This document shows positions 9,996 to 20,085 of a stretch of DNA of 64,000 nt, piece after piece. The notes beneath the pieces are model-generated. The model searched no databases, was not told the DNA's origin, and saw only the letters and a list, made by a program, of their open reading frames with translations. The stretch spans positions 32,001 to 96,000 of the forward strand of contig JANQHR010000046.1 in assembly GCA_028282585.1 (NCBI GenBank), written 5' to 3'. A program made the translations under genes and the position numbers. The DNA is from Bacteroidales bacterium (GTDB taxonomy: Bacteria > Bacteroidota > Bacteroidia > Bacteroidales > UBA12077). The first letter of the stretch is position 1. Each line of letters opens with the position of its first letter.

Positions 9996-12900
9996 TTAGT
10001 TATTTAAAATCAATTCTAAATTGCAATTAGAATATTTGTTTAAATAATTATTTATTTTTTCATCGGGATTATTCAATAGTTGATTAAGAAAATAAAAAAA
10101 CATTTTTTCAACTATTATCATTTTTTCTTTGGTATGAATATTTTCACAAAACCCCCATTCAATAACAATTCCATTCTTATATTCATGGCATAAGCAAAGA
10201 ATGTTTTTAACTTCTTCGCTTAGTTGTTTTGTTTTATTTCTGGAATTTATATTATATAAGCCTTTATATTCTGACTTATATTTATGGTGGTTCAAAGTTA
10301 AGATTGCCATATCATCTTTTAAATTATCATAGGATATCCCAAGATCATTGGCAAGAAGTAAACTTGGATACATTTGATAATTCATTGCTTCAGTAAAATC
10401 ACGACTAACTGTTTCCAAATAAGTGGCTCCCGTATGTGTATCATCTATATTCACAGGAAGAAATATCTCATTTGCAATGAATCCGATTATTTTATTAACA
10501 TCAATATTTTGTCTGCAAGCAACAGGACATCTTACTACAACTTCCTTTTCGTTCTGTAATTTAGACATTACCAGGTTCATTGCAGCTAATAATACTGTAT
10601 ATACATTGTAATTTTTATCTATAGAACATTTTATTATATGCTCATAAATTTCAACAGGAATAGGACTATGATAAGTAATTAAGTTTCCTTTTTTCTTATT
10701 ATTATTTGAAGAATTACCTAACTTAAGTTTTAATTTTTCTGTTGCTTTAAATAATCCTTTAATCCAAAATCTCTTTAACTCTTCACCATATTGACTTTTT
10801 ATTAAATCATATAAGCGTTCAGAGTAGTCTTTATAGTTAATTTTTAATTGATTTAAATTTTGATTGTTTTTATTGCCAATACCTTGCTTATATAAACTTT
10901 GTAGTTCCTTGATAAGTAAATTAGACGACCATATATCGAACAAAATATGATGTATCACAAAATAAAAAACGTAATTATCATTTGGTAAACAGAACAGTTT
11001 CATTCTTATTAAACAATCTTTTTCCAGATTAAATGGTTTATTATAATCTGTTTTTATTTGTTGTTTCAATTCTGATATATAGTCCTTTTTATTTTCTATG
11101 ACAATTTCCTCAAGATTAAAGTTTAGTTCACTCAAGCTTCGTACTTTCTGTCTAAGTTCTCCATTAACTTTTATAAAATTCGTTCTTAAATTTTCGTGTT
11201 TATTTAATAAATTTTTAACTGCATTCTTTAAAGCAGGTTTATCAATTTTGCTTAAATTTATGGTTCCTTTCATATTTGGATTCACACCTTCCATTAAGGA
11301 TTTAATAAAGAAACTTTGTGAGTATGTTAATGGGTAATATTCCTTCTTCTCAATTGGCCTTAGTACGTAACTGTTTTCGCCTTTATTTGCACCCGATCTA
11401 TTAACGGTTTTAATGAACTTGCTTAAATCTGAAATAGTCGGATATTTCATCAAATCAGCCATAGTTACCTTAATATCAGATTTTTGGAGCTCTGCAGAAA
11501 GCTGCATTGCTTTTAAGGAATCTCCACCTATTTCAAAAAATCTATCGGTACTTTTAATCGTTTTCAAATTTAAAACCTTACTCCATGCATTATAAACCAA
11601 TTCTGACAGTTCATCTCTTTTTTCATCATTTCCGGAAACATCATCTTTAATAATATCCGGTAATGCATTTACATTAATCTTACCACCAGATGTTAAAGGT
11701 AATTTTTCGATAATTTCGACGTAATGCGGAATCATGTAGTAAGGTATTTCTTTTGACAGATAATTTCTTATTTCATCTTTTGTAATAAACTCGTTAGTAA
11801 CAACATAAGCACATAATACTTTATCTCCATTATCCTTAATTCTTACTAAAACCGCTGCATCTTTAATTCCATAAATTTTTAACAAGCACGTTTTTACTTC
11901 GCCAAGCTCAATCCTAAAACCTCGAATTTTTACTTGTTCATCTTTTCTTCCAGCAAATTCTATATTCCCATCAGGCAACCATTTTGCCAGATCACCAGTC
12001 TTATACATTATCTGATTTGGAGAATATGGATTTTTTATAAATTTTTCAGTAGTTAATTCTACGTTATTTAAATAGCCATCACTAACACAAGGTCCTCCAA
12101 TAAATATTTCCCCAATAATGCCAACCGGAAGCATTTTAAGATCTTCATCAAGAATATATATATTCTTATTAGCCACTGGTTTTCCAATTGGTATTTTTAC
12201 ATTTTTTTCGTATCCTTTAACCAGATGGCGTGTAGCTGTAACGGTAGTTTCCGTGGGTCCGTATTCGTTATAAAAATCTAACTGCTCATACAAACTTTTA
12301 ACATGATCTGATTTACATTCATCACCTCCCATAACAATTTTACCCAGATTTTTCAATCCTTTCAATTTCAAATTTTGTAAGTAAGCTGGCACCATATACA
12401 AGCAAGTCACCGCCTTTTTATTTATGTAATCTTCAAATTCTATTTTATCGAGCATTAAGGATTTTTCAATCGAAATAAGTTCCCCTCCAGTCAATAATGG
12501 TAGCCAAAACTGTTCTACTGATGCATCAAAAGACATTGGAGAAAATAACAATACTTTATCACTACTATCTATATTTATATCATTAATTAATGGTATTAAA
12601 TGATTTAACACTTTCCCGTGAGTGATAACTACTCCTTTTGGTATACCTGTAGAACCTGAAGTATAAATTATTTGCGATATATCATAGGATGATATCTCAC
12701 ATAACTCATTATATTTTGTAATGTTTTCTGAATAATCATTGTCACTTAGATTAACAATATTCAAATCAAGATCTAAACTATCTTTTAGTTCCTCTGCTGT
12801 AAGGATTATCTTAGACGAACTATCTTTGATATAATACTTTATTCTTTCGACAGGTGTTTCAGAATCAATAGGTAGATAGGCAGCGCCTGTCTTCAAAATA

Positions 12901-14669
12901 CCTAATATACCAATAACGGAGTTTATTGATCTATTGTCTAATATGCATACAATATCTGATTTTTTTACGCCTTTTTTATCTAACTGATTTGCTACAATAC
13001 AAACCATCTTATATAAACCACCATATGTAATAGATTTGTCTTTAGCTACTAAAGCTATCTTATCGGGAAATTTCTTAACAGTTGTTTCAAAAAAATCAAT
13101 TAGCGATTTTTGTCCTGTATAATCATTATTTTTATTATTAAACTTTTGAAGTAATTCACGTTTCTTATTTTCTTCTAAAATTTCAATATCTGAAATCAAC
13201 CGATCTGGGCAATCATTCAATTGATCTACTATTTTTAGAAAAGATTCTATATATCGTTCGATTGTTTCAGGCTTAAATAACTTAGAGCTATACTCTATTG
13301 TAATTAATATTTGTTCCCCACAATCACAAACTATTAATCCTAAATCAAATTTTGATATACTATACTCATGAGTATATTCACCTTTCCTCAATGATGATAA
13401 ATCTATGATTGTTTCGCTTTGATTTTGAACATTAAACATAACGTCAAACAATGGATTTCTACTAGCATCTCTTTCAATTGCTAATTTATTAACCAGTTCT
13501 TCGAAATGATATTCTTGATTATCTAAATCTTTTAATGTTTTTAATTTGACCTCTTCAATAAACCTCCTAACTGATCGATTTTTATCAATTTTAGTTCTAA
13601 GGGCAAGAGAATTTACAAACATTCCCACAATATCATTAATATCAGAGTGTTTTCGACCTGCTGCCGGACAACCTACAACAATATCATCTTGACCACTAAG
13701 CTTTGATAATAATATATTAAACGCGGAGAAAAAAAACATAAACAACGTGATATCATGATCTTTCAAAGAAGCTTTCACTTTTTTAGTTTCTTCTTTTGTT
13801 AACGCAAAATTTACAATTGCTCCATTAAACTGTTGCTCTGATGCCCGCAAGAAGTCAGTTGGCAAGTTTAAAGCATCCGGATTGTCTTTGTATAAATTTA
13901 GCCAGTGCTCTTCTTGTTTTTTAATATTCGCTTTTTGGTTATTACTTTTTATTATCCACTCTGAGAAGTCTTTAAACTGTAGGGGAATTTTAGGTAAGTT
14001 ATCCCCATTGTAAAATCGATGGAAATTCTGTAACAGAACATTTTGAGATGTACCATCATTTATAATATGGTGCATATCTAACATTAAAATAGAATTACCA
14101 CCTTTAACTTTAAATAAATTAGCCCTAAAAAGCGGGGCCTTATTTAGATCAAATGGTTTTACAAATTCTTTTCTATTTTTTTCTATTGCTTTAGCATCAA
14201 TTTCAAACTCTTCAATATTGAATTCAACAGTATCATGAATTCTTTGTGCAGGTATTCCATCCACTAATTCAAACGAAGTTCTAAGGCTATCATGATGCTC
14301 AATAAGTTTTTTAAAAGTATTTTCAAGATGTTTTACGTCAACGTTTTTGTTAAGTGTAATTTCAAATGGCAAATTATATGCAACACTTTCCGGATTCTTT
14401 TTCTGTAAAAGATATAATCCTTTCTGAGCAGAAAAAATATTATAGTAATCTTTCTTTTCGGAATTTTTAATTTTTTCAAAAATTCTTTTATATTTCTTTT
14501 GCTCTTCAATAAAATAAGCTATTATTTCATTTTTAAATTTTCTAATTTTCTCAGTAAGGTGTATTGGGATATCCTGCTTTTTTAATGAGATTAACTGTAT
14601 CTTATCATCTTTAACAGATATTTTTATGCCTGATTCATATAATTCATTTAACAAATCTGAAATTTTCAT
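9996..14669 (-). CDS. Terminal NRPS: beta-hairpin docking domain-C-A-T-C (no thioesterase)
   Basis: HHIINDG; YTSGSTGIPKG; YGPTE; T motif GGDSL; final C-like domain HHILFDIWS. Hand-read A code DAEYVGEVTK (unassigned). Confidence 0.93.
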   Translation of the reverse strand: MKISDLLNELYESGIKISVKDDKIQLISLKKQDIPIHLTEKIRKFKNEIIAYFIEEQKKYKRIFEKIKNSEKKDYYNIFSAQKGLYLLQKKNPESVAYNLPFEITLNKNVDVKHLENTFKKLIEHHDSLRTSFELVDGIPAQRIHDTVEFNIEEFEIDAKAIEKNRKEFVKPFDLNKAPLFRANLFKVKGGNSILMLDMHHIINDGTSQNVLLQNFHRFYNGDNLPKIPLQFKDFSEWIIKSNNQKANIKKQEEHWLNLYKDNPDALNLPTDFLRASEQQFNGAIVNFALTKEETKKVKASLKDHDITLFMFFFSAFNILLSKLSGQDDIVVGCPAAGRKHSDINDIVGMFVNSLALRTKIDKNRSVRRFIEEVKLKTLKDLDNQEYHFEELVNKLAIERDASRNPLFDVMFNVQNQSETIIDLSSLRKGEYTHEYSISKFDLGLIVCDCGEQILITIEYSSKLFKPETIERYIESFLKIVDQLNDCPDRLISDIEILEENKKRELLQKFNNKNNDYTGQKSLIDFFETTVKKFPDKIALVAKDKSITYGGLYKMVCIVANQLDKKGVKKSDIVCILDNRSINSVIGILGILKTGAAYLPIDSETPVERIKYYIKDSSSKIILTAEELKDSLDLDLNIVNLSDNDYSENITKYNELCEISSYDISQIIYTSGSTGIPKGVVITHGKVLNHLIPLINDINIDSSDKVLLFSPMSFDASVEQFWLPLLTGGELISIEKSLMLDKIEFEDYINKKAVTCLYMVPAYLQNLKLKGLKNLGKIVMGGDECKSDHVKSLYEQLDFYNEYGPTETTVTATRHLVKGYEKNVKIPIGKPVANKNIYILDEDLKMLPVGIIGEIFIGGPCVSDGYLNNVELTTEKFIKNPYSPNQIMYKTGDLAKWLPDGNIEFAGRKDEQVKIRGFRIELGEVKTCLLKIYGIKDAAVLVRIKDNGDKVLCAYVVTNEFITKDEIRNYLSKEIPYYMIPHYVEIIEKLPLTSGGKINVNALPDIIKDDVSGNDEKRDELSELVYNAWSKVLNLKTIKSTDRFFEIGGDSLKAMQLSAELQKSDIKVTMADLMKYPTISDLSKFIKTVNRSGANKGENSYVLRPIEKKEYYPLTYSQSFFIKSLMEGVNPNMKGTINLSKIDKPALKNAVKNLLNKHENLRTNFIKVNGELRQKVRSLSELNFNLEEIVIENKKDYISELKQQIKTDYNKPFNLEKDCLIRMKLFCLPNDNYVFYFVIHHILFDIWSSNLLIKELQSLYKQGIGNKNNQNLNQLKINYKDYSERLYDLIKSQYGEELKRFWIKGLFKATEKLKLKLGNSSNNNKKKGNLITYHSPIPVEIYEHIIKCSIDKNYNVYTVLLAAMNLVMSKLQNEKEVVVRCPVACRQNIDVNKIIGFIANEIFLPVNIDDTHTGATYLETVSRDFTEAMNYQMYPSLLLANDLGISYDNLKDDMAILTLNHHKYKSEYKGLYNINSRNKTKQLSEEVKNILCLCHEYKNGIVIEWGFCENIHTKEKMIIVEKMFFYFLNQLLNNPDEKINNYLNKYSNCNLELILNN

Positions 14670-14727
14670 ATTTTAATTTTTTATCATTTTAACAACTTAT
14701 AATCAACTTTTTACAATATGTTGTGTA

Positions 14728-16389
14728 TTAAAAGTCAAGCTCCGGAATCCCAAGTTCCCAGTTAACTTCGCTATGATTTTTTTTATCTATAAGTTCTAGC
14801 TTACTTATCATTTCGATAATCTCATCGCTTGCTTCAGATATGTTTTTATTTAATATTTTCTCTCTTACACCCTCATTAAATGCAATTAGAAATGTTTTTA
14901 ATTGCTGTTTAGTCATACCCTTATATTGCAATTGAACCAAGAATTCATAATCAAAGTAATACTGTGGAACTCTAATTGGATCGTTTACTTCGATTATAAG
15001 TTTTTCAATCATATCACAAGCTTTTTCTGAATTGAGAGTTGAATGGGACCATTCAAATCCTTTTCCTTGTATGTTATATTTTTCTCTTTCTCTCCATATT
15101 GGGGTTATAAACTCATAGTACCACAATTGAGCTCTGTAGAAATCGAGCGCACTGTTTTTAATAAAATTGTATGTTTCCTGAAATGTTTTTTCGGTCTCTC
15201 CTGGAAAACCTATAATAAAACTACCATAAGTTTGGATACCTGCATCAGACAATATCTCTATACCCTTAAGATATTGTTTAGCAGTTACCTGTTTATTCAT
15301 GTTTTTTAAAATAGTGTCACTTCCTGATTCAATTCCTAAAAAAACACTTTCGCAACCGCTTTCCTTCATCATAGATGCTATTTCTTTATCTATATATTGA
15401 GATCTTATAAATGAATGCCAGTTAAACTTATCTTTTCGTTTAATCATCATATTCAAGATCTCTTTGAAACGTTTAGGCGGCACATTAAATGTATCATCCA
15501 AGAAAAATATATTCTTTATACCATCAATATTTTTTAATGTGTTTAGCTCTTTCTCAATATCACAGGTTTTAATTGCCTGATATTTGCCAGCATGTTCAGG
15601 AAAGCCACAAAACGAACATTTAAACGGACAGGAAATACTTGTTCTAATATTAATAAAATTACCTACGTTATTAGAAACTAAATCCCAATTCACCAAATTA
15701 TCTTGTAGTTTATTATTTTCTTCACTTGTTTTATTAAAAATATACTCACCATTAGATTTGTAAATAACATTATCAATACTTCCAATATCTTTGTCTGTAT
15801 TTTTAATCATTGATAGAAGATCAACTAACGCCTTCTCTCCTTGCGAACTATTTACATAATAATCTGCATCTAATTTGTTAAACAAATTCTTTTGTTCTTC
15901 AATAGATGAAATTCTCATTTGAGTTGCAATAAAATGACCTCCGATTATAATTTTAGATCCTTTATTATACTTTTTCACAACGTCAAGAACTTCGAATAGA
16001 GGTGTTGATATAACATATAAAGTTGTTGAAATTGCGATAGCATTAATCTCACACGTTTGTAGTAATTCAATCAGGTTATCTTTTTCTTCTTGAAAAGAAT
16101 GGATATACTCGTAAGTAAAACCTCTTTTATTTAAATAAGTCACTAAATAAGAAATAGTTGTACTAAATGTTTCGATATAATTTATATGTTCTAAACTTTG
16201 ATTAGGTTTTACGCAAAAATCATTATATATATCAGTTGCATTATATTTTCTTGATTTATGAGTTAAAAAATTCATGTTTAAATCTCTATATGTAGAAGTA
16301 TCTTTACCAATACGTTCAATGAGATCTATAAATTCATCATATTTTATTTGATTATGTCCAACAATCAAACAATCAATTTTCTTTTTCAT
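14728..16389 (-). CDS. Radical SAM protein, PhpK-like cobalamin-dependent methyltransferase family
   Basis: N-terminus DCLIVGHN and YRDLNMNF; SCPFKCSFCGFPEHAG; FLDDTFNVP; FLGIESG; IGFPGET. Confidence 0.8.
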   Translation of the reverse strand: MKKKIDCLIVGHNQIKYDEFIDLIERIGKDTSTYRDLNMNFLTHKSRKYNATDIYNDFCVKPNQSLEHINYIETFSTTISYLVTYLNKRGFTYEYIHSFQEEKDNLIELLQTCEINAIAISTTLYVISTPLFEVLDVVKKYNKGSKIIIGGHFIATQMRISSIEEQKNLFNKLDADYYVNSSQGEKALVDLLSMIKNTDKDIGSIDNVIYKSNGEYIFNKTSEENNKLQDNLVNWDLVSNNVGNFINIRTSISCPFKCSFCGFPEHAGKYQAIKTCDIEKELNTLKNIDGIKNIFFLDDTFNVPPKRFKEILNMMIKRKDKFNWHSFIRSQYIDKEIASMMKESGCESVFLGIESGSDTILKNMNKQVTAKQYLKGIEILSDAGIQTYGSFIIGFPGETEKTFQETYNFIKNSALDFYRAQLWYYEFITPIWREREKYNIQGKGFEWSHSTLNSEKACDMIEKLIIEVNDPIRVPQYYFDYEFLVQLQYKGMTKQQLKTFLIAFNEGVREKILNKNISEASDEIIEMISKLELIDKKNHSEVNWELGIPELDF

Positions 16390-16492
16390 TTTCTATTAAA
16401 TGGAGATTTATTAAGGCCTAGAAAAAGTTTTAGTCTGCTATTTTTAAACTAAATTGTAAAAGAAGATCTAACAGAGTCTTAGATATTATTCA

Positions 16493-19400
16493 TTAAATTT
16501 CTATTACTTGCGTTTCTTCTTCAAATTCCTCTAAATTAAATAACATAACCGCTATATCTTTTACCGTATGCTTTTCAAATAACTCAGCCAAAGGAATGCT
16601 AACTCCAAATTCTTTACTTATTCTAGATTGTAGAAGTATTGCTTTTAGTGAGTGACCTCCAAGGTCGAAAAAGCTTGAACTTGTGCTAATCAGGTTATGA
16701 GGAATATTCAATACTTCCGCCCATATTTTTATAATTTTTTCCTCTATTTTATTTCCAGGTAATATAAATTCTGCTTCCAACTTAATTTCAGGATCAGGTA
16801 AACGACTATAATCAATTTTCCCGCTTGTATTTAGTGGAATCTCATCAATTTCAACATAAAAAGAGGGAATCATATACTCCGGTAATTCACTGGATAAGAA
16901 ATCTTTAAAATCTCTATCACTACATTTTTCTGAAATTTTCACTTTATCTCCCGGAAATATTTCCTGGTAAAATGGTATCTTTTTGAACGAGTCAGGAGTG
17001 TTCATTGAAATATATTCAAATTTCTCAATTTTATTGTTATCTAAATATAATTCTCCTTGTATCAAATAATCCGGATTTAATCCATTTTCAGAAAGCTTTC
17101 TTGTTATCTTTGCTTTTAAATAATTTCCTTTACTAACTTTAATTCCTTGGTAAAAAATAGGGAAGTAAACCGGTAACCAAATAGACTTTTCCTCAATAGT
17201 ATCAATTACTTCTTGTTCGTCGCAATATAAAACTAACCAAACAATCAAACCATTAAACACAGAATCCTTTTTGAATTTTAAAGTAATATTCTGTTCCGCT
17301 TCCAGGTCAATTAGTTGATTAAAATTTAAATCTTCAAATACTCCAATATCAGAGATGATGTTTTTCTTTTTAAATGAAGATAAAACCAATCTTAAATCAA
17401 ATTTCCGACCTATATTATCAAATATTTTATCTACATAATAAGCAGCTACTTCATCAAAAGAAGCATCAAAATCGTTTTTTGGTAAAGTAACAGCGGCAAC
17501 CTTTGAAATACTTCTTGAAGGAATCATTGAGAAATTTTCATCCATTTTAGGATGTATCTCATTAATAATCTTGGCAGCACCCTCTGCTCCACCTATTGAT
17601 CCTACAATTTCAGATATACAACAATCAATCTTTTCTGGTAACTCAATTTGCGTCGCATCACCATGTATTACAATAATCTTATCTTCAAGTCCTAAGGTTT
17701 TTATTTTATTAAATGCTTTTTGATAGGCTTCTTCTATTATTTCAACTGCATAAATTCTTTTTGCACTTTCTTCCAAACAAATCAGTGATAATATACACTC
17801 ACTTCCCGGTCCAATTTCTAAAACCACTTTGTCTTTAACAACTTTTTGTATTGCTTTTCTATACTTTTCATTTCTTAATTCATCGTTAGCAAAGTGTTTA
17901 TATATTCTATCATCATATACATAATACTCGGCAAGAGAAGGCCATAATCCAATTTTCTCCTTTTGCTTAAAATAAGCTATTAATTGATCTTCATTATATA
18001 TATTATGTTTTCTAATGACTGCATTTTCTATACAATTATGATTAGTCAGGCATTTTTCAATTTCTTTCAGTTCTATTCTATACCCACGAAGCTTTATTTG
18101 ATCATCTAAACGACCTTTGAATTCTATCTCACCATTAGACAACCACCTTCCACAATCTCCTGATTTATACATTATTTCTCCGGGATTAAATGGATCCGGA
18201 ATAAAACTTTTCCGAGTTAATTCGGCTTTCCCGAGATAACCTCTTCCGACACCAATACCAGAAATATAAATATCTCCTATAACACCTATAGCTTGTGGTC
18301 TTAATTTTTTATCTAAAATATAAACTTGAGTATTATTAATAGGCTTACCAATTGTTATTATTCCTAAGGAATTATAGTTTTTAGTATCCCATGCTGTTGC
18401 ACATATAGAAGTTTCAGTGGGACCATATGCATTAATATATGTTATTTCTTGATTATACTTTTTAATTAAAGTTTCACTTGTTTCTGAGCCTGCAGTTATT
18501 AATACTTTTAACTTCTTTATTACATTATCTGAAACATTAGATGCAAAAACCGGCGGTAAAGTAACTATTGATATTATTTTTTTAAAAATATCATTCTCAA
18601 ATGAAATCAAACTTACCTTATTTTCTTTATTAGGAATAAATAGTTTGGCACCATTAAAAAGTGTCATAAAAATTTCGGAAACAGAAGCATCAAATGATGG
18701 GCTGGAATAAAACATAATATGATCATTAGGAGTTACTTTAAAAGTATCTATCCATAAATTGTTTTCACTCACAATTCCTTTATGTTCTAATAAAGTTCCT
18801 TTCGGTTTTCCTGATGTTCCTGAAGTATAAATAACATATGCAAGATCGTTTGGTTGATTGCTTAATTCATTTTCGTTAAGGTCAATATTATTACTTTTTG
18901 ATAATTCAGTTTCATTCAACAAAATTACCTTACCATCAAACTCAAAATCAATGTCATCTGCATCAGTAGCTACAATATACTTAATTTTACTATCATTAAC
19001 TATGAACTGTTTTCTTTCCTTTGGGTAATTCATGTCTATTGGTAAATAAGCACCACCAGACTTTAAAATTCCCAATATGCCTATAATAAGTTCAAATGAT
19101 TTTTCAATTGCAATTCCAACTATCACATCTGATGTTACGCCGTTTTTCCGTAGCAAATTAGCAAGGCAGTTAGATCTCTTATTAAGCTCATTGTAAGTCA
19201 AACTTAGATCATCGTTAACAAGAGCAATTTTGTAAGGATTCTTTTCTGCCTGAATTTCAAACATCCGATGAATTGTTTTATTATCAGGAGTAATAGTTTT
19301 AGAATTATTAAATTCATATAATACCAGTTCCTTTTCTTCTTCAGACAGAATTGTAAACTCGTCTAATTTTTTGTAAGGGTATTGAAGGCAATCACCAATT

Positions 19401-20068
19401 AAAGTTTCAAGTTTAGTAGCTATATTACATATATCAGACCGAGTATACTTTACAGAGTTATATTCAATATTAACTGAAATATTATCATCATTATTTTCTA
19501 CAATTAATAATAGATTATAAGCAATACCAAAAATGTATTCCTTTTTATGTAATTTTTTATTCAATACAAAAATATCGAATAGCTCATTTTTATTTTTATT
19601 ACATTCAATCCCGGATTTATGAATCAGAGTTTTTATTGGAAAATTCTGGTTTTCAGTTGAATCTTTTATAGACTGCCCGACTTTTAGTAAAAGATCCTTA
19701 AAGCTATCATGTATATCAATATTTACGTATAATAACAATAAGGTATTGATGAAATCAACGTCTTGTTTTTGTTTAAAAATCGGAGCTCCAAGCAAAATAT
19801 TATTATTATTACTCATTTTTTGTAACAATAAAAATATATTAGACAATAATACGGTATAAACTTTCACCTCCGAATTTCCACAAAGCTTAAGAATTCTATT
19901 TGTAGTTTCTTTTTTCAATTTAATTATGAAATTTTCATATACTGTATCATCTGTATAATTTCTATTTTTCTCATATGGAAATGAGGAATATGAAATATTG
20001 GATGATAATAACTTTTCCCAATACAGTTTTTCATTTCTTCTAGATTCATCAGTAGAATTCATAATCAT
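16493..20068 (-). CDS. NRPS: half-C (interface-like)-A(Tyr-like, methyltransferase inserted A8-A9)-T
   Basis: N-terminal C-lobe only (EKLYWEKLL, ENQNFPI; no HHxxxDG); code DASTIAAICK; SAM motif VLEIGPG in the insert; GGHSL. Start set to ATG 20068 (20062 is an alternative). Confidence 0.92.
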   Translation of the reverse strand: MIMNSTDESRRNEKLYWEKLLSSNISYSSFPYEKNRNYTDDTVYENFIIKLKKETTNRILKLCGNSEVKVYTVLLSNIFLLLQKMSNNNNILLGAPIFKQKQDVDFINTLLLLYVNIDIHDSFKDLLLKVGQSIKDSTENQNFPIKTLIHKSGIECNKNKNELFDIFVLNKKLHKKEYIFGIAYNLLLIVENNDDNISVNIEYNSVKYTRSDICNIATKLETLIGDCLQYPYKKLDEFTILSEEEKELVLYEFNNSKTITPDNKTIHRMFEIQAEKNPYKIALVNDDLSLTYNELNKRSNCLANLLRKNGVTSDVIVGIAIEKSFELIIGILGILKSGGAYLPIDMNYPKERKQFIVNDSKIKYIVATDADDIDFEFDGKVILLNETELSKSNNIDLNENELSNQPNDLAYVIYTSGTSGKPKGTLLEHKGIVSENNLWIDTFKVTPNDHIMFYSSPSFDASVSEIFMTLFNGAKLFIPNKENKVSLISFENDIFKKIISIVTLPPVFASNVSDNVIKKLKVLITAGSETSETLIKKYNQEITYINAYGPTETSICATAWDTKNYNSLGIITIGKPINNTQVYILDKKLRPQAIGVIGDIYISGIGVGRGYLGKAELTRKSFIPDPFNPGEIMYKSGDCGRWLSNGEIEFKGRLDDQIKLRGYRIELKEIEKCLTNHNCIENAVIRKHNIYNEDQLIAYFKQKEKIGLWPSLAEYYVYDDRIYKHFANDELRNEKYRKAIQKVVKDKVVLEIGPGSECILSLICLEESAKRIYAVEIIEEAYQKAFNKIKTLGLEDKIIVIHGDATQIELPEKIDCCISEIVGSIGGAEGAAKIINEIHPKMDENFSMIPSRSISKVAAVTLPKNDFDASFDEVAAYYVDKIFDNIGRKFDLRLVLSSFKKKNIISDIGVFEDLNFNQLIDLEAEQNITLKFKKDSVFNGLIVWLVLYCDEQEVIDTIEEKSIWLPVYFPIFYQGIKVSKGNYLKAKITRKLSENGLNPDYLIQGELYLDNNKIEKFEYISMNTPDSFKKIPFYQEIFPGDKVKISEKCSDRDFKDFLSSELPEYMIPSFYVEIDEIPLNTSGKIDYSRLPDPEIKLEAEFILPGNKIEEKIIKIWAEVLNIPHNLISTSSSFFDLGGHSLKAILLQSRISKEFGVSIPLAELFEKHTVKDIAVMLFNLEEFEEETQVIEI

Positions 20069-20085
20069 TATGTATTTATTATATT

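Noticed and set aside
14728-16389. Phosphonate or phosphinate product suggested by the PhpK-like gene
   Set aside because: No PEP mutase or other C-P pathway gene in the window; family similarity alone is insufficient.
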